A stretch of 64,000 nt of DNA from Polyangiales bacterium (GTDB lineage Bacteria > Myxococcota_A > Polyangia > Polyangiales > Ga0077539): positions 128,001 to 192,000 of the forward strand of contig JBGARZ010000012.1 in NCBI GenBank assembly GCA_044229975.1. Direction: 5' to 3'. The position numbers were made by a program, and so were the translations under genes. Every line of letters starts with the position of its first letter. Positions within the stretch are counted from its first letter, which is position 1. This document shows positions 1-9,040 of this stretch, one piece after another. The notes under the pieces were generated by a model that saw only the letters and a list, made by a program, of their open reading frames with translations, did not search any database and was not told the DNA's origin.

Positions 1-1092
1 CAGCGGCCCTGGCACTCCGAACCTCCCGCGCCGCCGACCGTCCCCGAGCGCGTAGCCCTGCAACGTCACGTCCTGCACCTGCCAGAACCCGTTGTTGTCG
101 ATGGCCCCGCAGGTCTCCACCGTGTGCGGCGGCGCCGGGATCGTCCACAGGTCGACCCCGTTGGCCCGCGCGAGCGCCCTCGGCGCGCCCGTCACGCCCG
201 TCGCCGCAAAGGCCGGCACCACCACCACCGGCCCCGTCACCACGACCGGGCACGTCGCGCGGTACGGCAGCACCTTCTCCCAACGCGCGCGCAGCGCCGA
301 CGGCGTCCGCGCCACCAGCCGCGTCGTCGGCCGCGCGTCCACCGTGTACAGCAGGTCGTGCTCGGCGGAGGTGAGGTTCAGCACCGTTCCTGGCAGTGGG
401 ATGCGAGCGCCCATCTCTCCCGACGGCAGCCGCGCCGATCGCAATTGCACCGCGCCGTCGTGCATCCACCACGCGCCGTCCACCAACGCGCCCGACCACC
501 GCGCCCGCAGCGCCTCGGACGTAAACGTCGTCCGAAACCGCTGGTGACCATCGCGCGCATCGAGCGCCACCAGACCGCCGCGCCCCGTCTCCAGGCACGT
601 TCGCTGCGCGACCCCTGGCGTGTCCGCGCCCCGCCGCGCGCAGTGCGGGATGGTGTCCACCAGCACGAGACCGTCGGCCACCTCCAGCGGCTCGCCGTGC
701 AGGCCGCCGACCGCGACGTGCCAGCGGAGCGTTCCGTCGCGCAGGTCGAACGCAAACACCTCACCGTCCGTCGGCCCCTCGGTCTCGCGCCGCACCGCGC
801 TCACGAACACCGTCCGCCCGTCCGTCGCCGGCTCTCCGTACGGCGCGCGCGGCGTGAAGTCGTAGCGCCACCGCTCGGTACCCATCGGCCGCGGCCCGTG
901 CGTCAGCGAACGCCACCGCGGCTGCGACCCCTCGCCCGCGCGCGTCGGCGCGATCACCGGCGTCTCACCCGGCGTCTCGACCACGCCGCTCTCCACCACC
1001 GCCCCGTCCGCGGAGAGCTCCTCGGCGTGACGCGCCCCCCGTCGACACCCGCACACCGCGAGCGCCGCGAGCACCCACGCGCTCGTTCGCAC
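1..1092 (-). CDS. PQQ-like beta-propeller lipoprotein (3' end lies beyond window start)
   Basis: Manual translation from GTG 1092: MRTSAWVLAALAVCGC (lipobox), then ERWRYDF...GEVFAFDLRDGTLRWHV propeller-blade motifs. Not in the ORF track, presumably because it runs off the window edge. Confidence 0.7.
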   Translation of the reverse strand, partial: MRTSAWVLAALAVCGCRRGARHAEELSADGAVVESGVVETPGETPVIAPTRAGEGSQPRWRSLTHGPRPMGTERWRYDFTPRAPYGEPATDGRTVFVSAVRRETEGPTDGEVFAFDLRDGTLRWHVAVGGLHGEPLEVADGLVLVDTIPHCARRGADTPGVAQRTCLETGRGGLVALDARDGHQRFRTTFTSEALRARWSGALVDGAWWMHDGAVQLRSARLPSGEMGARIPLPGTVLNLTSAEHDLLYTVDARPTTRLVARTPSALRARWEKVLPYRATCPVVVTGPVVVVPAFAATGVTGAPRALARANGVDLWTIPAPPHTVETCGAIDNNGFWQVQDVTLQGYALGDGRRRGRFGVPGPL

Positions 1093-1096
1093 AGCC

Positions 1097-2236
1097 TCAG
1101 CCGCCCTGGTGCGCGTCGCTCGCGTGCGCCGGCGCCGTCGTCGCCGGGCCCGACCGCAGCGCGCGCTCGATGCTCGCCCGCAGCGTGTTGGCGTCGGTGA
1201 GCCCCTCGAAGCGCTCGTTGCCCACGTACAGCGTCGGAAGCCCCGCGACGTCGGCCGCGCGAGCGTCGTTCATGTCGTGTTCGAGCGCCGCCTCGGGGCG
1301 CTGCGAGGCGAGGCACGCGCGGTACGCCGCGAGCTCGACGTGGGCCTCACGCACCACGCGCTCGCAGCCTTCGGGCGTGAGGTCTTCGGCGCGAAACAGC
1401 GCGCTCGCCACGGCCTCGCCGTGACCCTGCTCCTCGGCGCAGCACGCCGCCCTCGCCGCGCCGCGCGCGTGCGGGTGGAAGGAGAGCGGAACGTTCTTGC
1501 GGATGACGCGCACGCGCGGACCGTACGAGGCCACCACGGGGGCGAGCGCCTCCTGCTGGCGTCGGCAGAACGGGCACTCGAAGTCGACGAACTCCACGAT
1601 GGTGGCGACGTCGCGCTGCTGGAGCCGCGCGATGACCTCGGGCAGCGGCGCGATGGTGGGCGAGTTGGGGCCGATGGGTCGGCTGGTGGGCCGCGAGAGG
1701 CCGAAGCCCAGCGGGAGCAGCAGCGCCGCGAGGGCCGCGCCGGTCACCACGAAGGACGGGATGAGCCGCGGCCGCGCGGGCTCATCGGCCGCGCGAACGT
1801 CCATGCGAAGGCTCACCGCGAGGGCGCCCGTGATGATGGAGGAGACGTCGACGACGACGCAGAACTTGCACCAGTGGTGGATCACCAACGCCTGGATCGC
1901 GAGGAAGCTCACGCCCGCCAGCACGCCGAGCAGACCGAGCGAGGCGAGCAGGCGGCGGGCGCGTTCGCGGGCGCCGATGAGCGACAGCCCGAGCAGCGAC
2001 GAGAAGAAGAGCACCCCGGGGACGGGCAGCGGGATGCCGAAGGGACGCGCGTAGACCGAGTTGCGGACGGCGTCGCATCCGCTGCCGTGGTCGGCGCAGA
2101 AGACGGGCGGTCGCACGTAGTCGACGAGGAGCATCGCGGCGGTGGCGACGCCGACGAGGCAGAGCGCCTGGAGGGCCAGCTCGCGGACGTGGACGGAGGG
2201 GCGCGCGGGGGGTTGCGGGGCGGCGGCTTCGCTCAT
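1097..2236 (-). CDS. Vitamin K epoxide reductase (VKOR) fused to a DsbA/thioredoxin-like domain
   Basis: C-terminal part of ORF 1097..3847, starting MSEAAAP. VKOR loop Cys pair (FCADHGSGCDAV), TM helices and WCKFC. Then EFVDFECPFC and GLPT (cis-Pro region) of a DsbA fold. Confidence 0.88.
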   Translation of the reverse strand: MSEAAAPQPPARPSVHVRELALQALCLVGVATAAMLLVDYVRPPVFCADHGSGCDAVRNSVYARPFGIPLPVPGVLFFSSLLGLSLIGARERARRLLASLGLLGVLAGVSFLAIQALVIHHWCKFCVVVDVSSIITGALAVSLRMDVRAADEPARPRLIPSFVVTGAALAALLLPLGFGLSRPTSRPIGPNSPTIAPLPEVIARLQQRDVATIVEFVDFECPFCRRQQEALAPVVASYGPRVRVIRKNVPLSFHPHARGAARAACCAEEQGHGEAVASALFRAEDLTPEGCERVVREAHVELAAYRACLASQRPEAALEHDMNDARAADVAGLPTLYVGNERFEGLTDANTLRASIERALRSGPATTAPAHASDAHQGG

Positions 2237-2299
2237 GATGTCGGCGGGAGATATAGCGCTATTGGCGGCGGGTGGGGTGTTGTCCGCGATGTGCTTTGA

Positions 2300-3838
<1,539 letters not shown>

Positions 3839-3852
3839 CAGGAGCATCGCGA

Positions 3853-4311
3853 GTGAGCCAGGACATCGACCTCGCTACGACCCCGCACCGCGGCGGCGTG
3901 CTTCGCCTCGACGTGGTGACGCCCGCCGGCGTCGCCGTTCGCAAGGACGTCGACACGGTCGAGGCGCCCAGCGTCGACGGGGAGTTCGGCGTTCTGCCGG
4001 GCCACCTGCCGCTGCTGGCCGCGCTCAAGGCCGGGGTCGTGCGCTACCGCTCCGAGGGCAAGACCTTCGTGCTCGCGGTGGGCGCAGGCTTCGCCGAGGC
4101 GGGGAGCGACCTGATGACCATCCTCACCGACCGCTGCCTGGAGGCGAAGGACATCGACGTCGCCAAGGCGCGCACCGAGCTCGACGCCGCGTCGAAGAAG
4201 CTCGAAGCCTTCAACGGCCCGCAGGAGGGCGCCGAGTTCGAGGAGCTCACGCGCTCGGCGCAGTGGTTCCAGGCGCAGCTCGACGCCGCCCGCGAGTCCG
4301 GCCGCAACTGA
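3853..4311 (+). CDS. atpC: F0F1 ATP synthase subunit epsilon
   Basis: LDVVTP...GEFGVLPGHLP...GFAE motifs and a C-terminal helical hairpin; immediately follows atpD. Confidence 0.95.
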   Translation: MSQDIDLATTPHRGGVLRLDVVTPAGVAVRKDVDTVEAPSVDGEFGVLPGHLPLLAALKAGVVRYRSEGKTFVLAVGAGFAEAGSDLMTILTDRCLEAKDIDVAKARTELDAASKKLEAFNGPQEGAEFEELTRSAQWFQAQLDAARESGRN

Positions 4312-4377
4312 GCGCGGCGCTCCGCTCCTCCCCAGTCACAACCCAAGTTCTCCCAACGTTGCTCGACGGGGTGTGAC

Positions 4378-5079
4378 CTACGCCGTGGGCTTCTCGTCGC
4401 CGCCGTCGTCGCCGTCGTCGGGCGTCGCGACGGCCCGCCGCTGCGAGCGCCGGAAGAAGCTCTCGGCCCACTCGCGCGACTTGCCGTTCTTCACCGCGCG
4501 CTGGAGCAGCCGCCCCAGCGTGCCCAGCCGCAGCGCGTTGACGTCGTCGATGAGCGCGACGATCTCGCGCACCCGGTGGTCGTTGCGCTTCGCGGCGGCG
4601 TCGATGCGCCCCTGCACCGCGGCGTCGCCTGCCACGACATGGCGGGCGAACGAATCCGCGTACGCCACCAGCTCGGGCTCGGGCTCACCGCGCAGCGACG
4701 CGGCCCAGCCGCGCACCCGGGCGAGCTGCCGCTCCAGCGCGAGCTTGACCGTGTCGGAGACGGAGGTGGGGAAGTACCGCTTCCACCGCGCGCTGCCGCG
4801 CTTGCCGTCCTCCGCGGCGAAGAGCTTCACGCCGAAGCCCTCGGTGGTGCCGTCGAGGCTGAGGTTCTCGGTGTCGACGGTGGCCTGGACCACGATCTCG
4901 CCGCGCCAGACGGCGTACTGCCCGGCGCGCACCGTCTCCAGCGTCGCCAGACGCTCGGCGAAGGCTGGCGCGAGGTCGCGCGTGAGCGGGTCGCCGAGCA
5001 GCCGCGCCTCGCTGTAGATGAGCTCCTCCCAGACGCCGTCGAGCGATTCCGAATGCTGGATCGTACGGACAGAACCCAT
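4378..5079 (-). CDS. Hypothetical alpha-helical protein (about 233 aa)
   Basis: Protein-like C-terminal part of ORF 4378..5589 from MGSVRTIQH, preceded by GGAGG. The upstream part of the ORF is repeat-derived. Confidence 0.7.
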   Translation of the reverse strand: MGSVRTIQHSESLDGVWEELIYSEARLLGDPLTRDLAPAFAERLATLETVRAGQYAVWRGEIVVQATVDTENLSLDGTTEGFGVKLFAAEDGKRGSARWKRYFPTSVSDTVKLALERQLARVRGWAASLRGEPEPELVAYADSFARHVVAGDAAVQGRIDAAAKRNDHRVREIVALIDDVNALRLGTLGRLLQRAVKNGKSREWAESFFRRSQRRAVATPDDGDDGGDEKPTA

Positions 5080-5290
5080 CGCCACCCTCCATGGAACTCG
5101 CCGCCCCGCCACGGCGACGGGACCCTCCGAGTAGAGAGACGTTCGTGCGGGAGCCGCGCTGGCGTCAATGTCGACGTTCTGACGGTAGACGGGTGTGAGG
5201 TGTTGGCGCGCTGACAGGGTGCGGTGGGGGAGCGGTTGATGGGGTACCGGGACGCCAGAGACCCGGCGACGGAGCGCGTCGACGGTTGCC

Positions 5291-5428
5291 GGCGAGCGCG
5301 GGAGCCGACAGCGGAGAGGGCAGCCGGGTGTTGGCGGGCGCGGGAGACGACGGCGGCGAGGGCAACCGGGTGTTGGCGGGCGCGGGAGGCGGCAGCGGTG
5401 GGGGCAGCCGGGTGTTGGCGAGCGCGCG
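5291..5428. repeat. Degenerate 42-bp tandem repeat (3 units plus a partial unit)
   Basis: Units start at 5291, 5333, 5375 and 5417 (partial); each begins GGCGRGCGCGGGAG and ends GGGCARCCGGGTGTT. Confidence 0.85.
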
Positions 5429-5473
5429 TCGACCGGACAGGGGAAGCGTACGGGGGTTCGGGAGTGGAGGCGT

Positions 5474-6250
5474 TCCCAGGTGCTGACCAACGTGCGCGAG
5501 TACATCGAAGGCGCCCAGGACGCCCAGGGGCGTGCGGTGCCCGAGGTGGCCCGGGTGCAGCTCCGGCCCGCGGGGATGTCGCCCGGCAACTACGAGTACC
5601 TCGTCGCAGGAGTTCTGACGGGTTGAAGAAGCCGCAAGTCTTGTCCTTGCAACCCTTGCGCCCTTGCGGCTTCTTCAACCCGTCAGAACTCCTGCGACGA
5701 GGTACGAGGTGGGTCAGGCCGCGACCCAGAGTCAGGACGTGACGATCAACCTGACCGTCGATCCGGCCGTCGCGCCGTGGGCTTGGGGGCAGGGCTACCC
5801 CGCCGTGCGGACCGTGTCGGCCGTGTCGTCCGATCGGCGTGTCCTGACGCTCGACAACGCGGCGGGCATCACGCAGGGAGCACGCATCGCAGTCTTCCTC
5901 GGAACGAACCGGGTGCGGGGCGGCTACTGGCTGACCACGGTCGCCCTCCCGCCTGTCAGCAATGTCGTCACCCTGAGCGACGCGTTGCCAGTGGCGCCCC
6001 CGAGCAACGCGGCGGTGTGTGCGGATTGCGGTCTGTGGGACACGATCCGCGCGCTGGTGTTGCAATACTTCGATTCACTCGGGCCGGGGGATGTGCCCTT
6101 GGAGCGGACTGGCTCGCAGCGATTCCCGAGGCCCACCGATCTCGGACCAGATCGATTCTACTCCAGTCGGCTCATCGAGAAGATCCAAGACGTATCTGGT
6201 GTTCTAGGAGTGTCGATTACGACACCTGAGATGAACACCGTCGCCCTGCG
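5474..6250 (+). pseudogene. Phage baseplate J / Mu gp47-like C-terminal fragment, interrupted by a hairpin element
   Basis: QVLTNVREYIEG...QLRPAGMSPGNYE | VGQAATQSQDVTINLTV...SRLIEKIQDVSGVLGVSITTP reads in one frame after removing 5597-5708. No N-terminus and no other phage genes nearby. Confidence 0.6.
5597..5704. mobile_element. 108-bp MITE-like hairpin insertion with a 4-bp target-site duplication (CGAG)
   Basis: Perfect 42-bp inverted arms at 5597-5638 and 5663-5704; CGAG at 5593-5596 and 5705-5708. Confidence 0.85.
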
Positions 6251-6530
6251 GATTCGCTTCAGTTGCCAGATCGACCAGTCGCGAAGTTGGCGTCGCGCAT
6301 CCCTTCGACGGGCCCCAGCCCAGTGCACGGCCATGCGTCGACGACTGGCGCGCTGACGACGCCACTCGTCGTCCTGCTCCACCGTCATCTTGTTGACGGT
6401 ATGGCAAATCGCGTGACGGGGTATCGACAGCGCACTCCGGCCTGGGGTACCCCACCAGGGTCGAGGTCACCGTTGTGGCGTCGGCATACGGGGATCGGGC
6501 GAATGCCCACCATCTGGGAGGACTTCCATC

Positions 6531-7553
6531 ATGGGAATGAGTGCAGAGAAGAGAGAAGCGCTGAAGGCTGGCGGTCGCAGGGTCTACAAGGCATCACCCA
6601 ACGACCCCGACCTCGGGCCGTTGCAGGCTTTGCCGGGCGTGTGGTCGAGCAAGGGCACCGGCTGGAACATGATCGCCCTGCCCTTCGCCGCGCCGGGCGC
6701 GCCGCCGTTTCGCCTGTTGCTCAATCAATATGACGAGGTGTTGACGTTTACCCTTGTGGACAAGGCCGTGCCCAACCGCGGCATCACGAGCCCGCCTCCG
6801 CCGCAGGAAAACGATCAGCTCATCGTCACGCTCGATTACGAACAGGTGATTCACCAGGTGGCCTCGGTCGACTCTCCGGTGAGCGGAAAGGCCGGCGACC
6901 CTGGTCAGGCGATTCACCACGAGCCGGGCCTCTGGCTCTATATGATCAACAACGTGGACAACGGCGTCGACGTCGGGCGACTGGCCACGATTCCCCATGG
7001 AAACTCGGTGCTGGCGCTGGGGACATCCGACGACATCGACCCGGTCGACAAGGCCAACCTGATTCCCTCCATCAGCGGTCTCCCGATCGGCCTCGCCAAC
7101 TCGGACATCAACGACCCCAACAACCGCTACCTGGCTCCGTACAAGCAGTTTCACGACTCGCCCTTCCTGGGCACCGTGACCGGAGTCCCGGGCTTCCCGG
7201 GCTTCGACCCGGTGTTTCCCGCCGAGCTCCTGAAGCTCGCGCTCAACGGTCTCAACATCAAGCGCACCACGGTGCTCCACGTCGACACGGCCACGCAGAC
7301 CGGGGGCATCTCCAATATCCCCTTCATCGTGAAGCAGGCCGACGCGCGTCGCATGGTCTCGACCTTCTGGATTCACGAGTTGCAAGAGTTCGACGAGGCC
7401 GGTCAGCCCCGCTTCGTGTTGCAATACCTCCAGGACGTCAGCCTGGACTTCTTCCCGCGCGGCGACGGCACGCCCGGCCTCATCCGCTGGCCGCACGTGA
7501 GCATCAACACCCTCGAGAAGAGGCCGACGACCCAGGCCTCCGTCCGCGCCTGA
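6531..7553 (+). CDS. Putative heme-binding beta-barrel protein (FMP-type heme-binding family)
   Basis: Motifs LGPL..LPGVW.GTGWNMIALP, VPNRG, IHHEPGLWL, RLATIPHGNS, LQY.Q.V.LDF and WPHVSINTLEK, recognised from memory of this family. Confidence 0.65.
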   Translation: MGMSAEKREALKAGGRRVYKASPNDPDLGPLQALPGVWSSKGTGWNMIALPFAAPGAPPFRLLLNQYDEVLTFTLVDKAVPNRGITSPPPPQENDQLIVTLDYEQVIHQVASVDSPVSGKAGDPGQAIHHEPGLWLYMINNVDNGVDVGRLATIPHGNSVLALGTSDDIDPVDKANLIPSISGLPIGLANSDINDPNNRYLAPYKQFHDSPFLGTVTGVPGFPGFDPVFPAELLKLALNGLNIKRTTVLHVDTATQTGGISNIPFIVKQADARRMVSTFWIHELQEFDEAGQPRFVLQYLQDVSLDFFPRGDGTPGLIRWPHVSINTLEKRPTTQASVRA

Positions 7554-7609
7554 GCGCACCACACCCGTAGGATGGTGACGCCCCGTCGGCCTCTGGTCGG
7601 CGGGGCGTA

Positions 7610-7809
7610 CCTACCGCTGGTAGGGATTGCCCAGGTCGGGCGCGTCCGGGTCGGGCGGCGGCGGCGCCACCGGAACCGGAACCGGCACCGGCACCACCCG
7701 CACTGGAGACGTCGGCGCTCCCAGCACAGGCACCGGGGCGCTCGCTTCGGGCGCATCGTCATCACGTCGCCGTCGTCGCCCGCCGGGCTCCTCCGCGGGC
7801 GGCGCTGCC
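7610..7809 (-). repeat. Orphan duplicate of the 3' end (including stop) of the Ser/Thr kinase gene
   Basis: Matches 9040-9248 with 3 substitutions and one 9-bp indel. Confidence 0.95.
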
Positions 7810-8156
7810 CGTCACGTCGCGCACGCAACGGTCGGGATCCCTCCCTCGAACAGCAGCGACATCCGGTGCGCCTGCTCCTCCATCGCCAGCCTCGCGGAGA
7901 TGGAAGCGCTGCTCGCCGCGAAGCGCTGATGGAGCGATCGCCCACCGCAAGCGAGTCCGGCCGCAACGCTCGCAACGTCCCCGGCCTTCGGCGTTGTGGC
8001 GCCGGTTGCGTACTACCTCGAATGGCGGGCGCGCGACCGACGACATGACCACGACATCGCCGACCGGGACGCGGCGATCAACCTGTTGCTGATCGGTCGA
8101 CAGGTGAAGGGCGAGACGCCGTAGAGGCCCTCCCCCCCGGAAGAACGCTCAGCGGA

Positions 8157-8189
8157 GTAACTTGACGTTACGTCTAGTCGCGTTAGGTT
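8157..8189 (+). promoter_or_regulatory. Putative sigma70-type promoter with an overlapping palindromic operator for the TA operon
   Basis: TTGACG (8162-8167), 16 bp, TAGGTT (8184-8189), 6 bp upstream of ATG 8196 (leaderless-like). GTAAC-N5-GTTAC at 8157-8171 overlaps the -35 box. Confidence 0.55.
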
Positions 8190-8195
8190 TGCGCC

Positions 8196-8456
8196 ATGAC
8201 CGAAGCCGAGGCGCTTCAGCACATCAAGGGCTACGCCTCAGCGGGCCGCATCCGGTACTCGCCGCACGCGCTGGAGCGAATGGCGGAGCGGGGCGCGCGG
8301 GAAGATGACGTGCGCCGCGCCATCGCGACGGCCACGAGAGCGGTCGGACAGGCGAACGGTCGGTGGCTGGTGACGGGCGGCGTCGACCGTGACGGGGACG
8401 AGCTCACACCTGTCGTCGTTCTGGAAGGAGGAGTGGTTGTCGTGACCTTGTACTGA
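8196..8456 (+). CDS. DUF4258-family putative toxin (RelE/BrnT-like RNase fold)
   Basis: 86 aa; IRYSPHALERMAERG...VVVVTLY; directly upstream of a Zn-finger/HTH partner. Confidence 0.8.
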   Translation: MTEAEALQHIKGYASAGRIRYSPHALERMAERGAREDDVRRAIATATRAVGQANGRWLVTGGVDRDGDELTPVVVLEGGVVVVTLY

Positions 8457-8501
8457 GCGCGAATGCTGGAGCTGGGGATTGCTGGAGATGAGGAGACGGA
8501 C

Positions 8502-8963
8502 ATGAAGAATGAGAAGTGCCACGCCTGCGGAGCGACGCCTCTCGTGGAGTCGACGACCACGATGAAGCGCGCGTTCGGCGAACAGGTTTACACGGCAGAG
8601 CTGCCAGCGACGGCGTGCCCCGCCTGCGGCGAGGCTGTCGTCGAGGGCGACGTGCTCGCGCGCTACGACGCCGCGCTGACCCACGCCCTCGTGCGGCACG
8701 GACAACCTGGTGCGGCGGCAGTGAAGTGGCTGCGCAAGGCGGCGCGCCTCACCGGGGCCGAGCTCGCGGCGCTGCTTGGAGTGACGCCCGAGTCGGTGTC
8801 ACGTTGGGAGAACGACCGCACGGCCATGGACCGCGCGACCTGGGTAACCCTCGGGGCGCTCGCGATCGAAGCAGAGGAAGGGCGCTCCGACACGGCCGAC
8901 ATGCTGCGGGCCCGCGCAGAGCCGCGTAAGCCGGTGGTGCGGGTGTCGCTAGCGTTCGCCTGA
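8502..8963 (+). CDS. MqsA-like antitoxin (YgiT-type zinc finger plus XRE HTH)
   Basis: CHACG...CPACGE, then LRKAARLTGAELAALLGVTPESVSRWEN; AGGAG RBS before ATG 8502. Confidence 0.85.
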   Translation: MKNEKCHACGATPLVESTTTMKRAFGEQVYTAELPATACPACGEAVVEGDVLARYDAALTHALVRHGQPGAAAVKWLRKAARLTGAELAALLGVTPESVSRWENDRTAMDRATWVTLGALAIEAEEGRSDTADMLRARAEPRKPVVRVSLAFA

Positions 8964-9040
8964 CATCACGCCGGAGTCCCGCTCGACCCCTTCGGTGGGC
9001 AGCGAGAAACCGAGCACCCACTCCGCCCACTGTAGACTCC

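Noticed and set aside
7810..8150. Short ORFs between the duplicated kinase end and the TA genes
   Set aside because: Fragmentary, with no start context or recognisable family; treated as debris.
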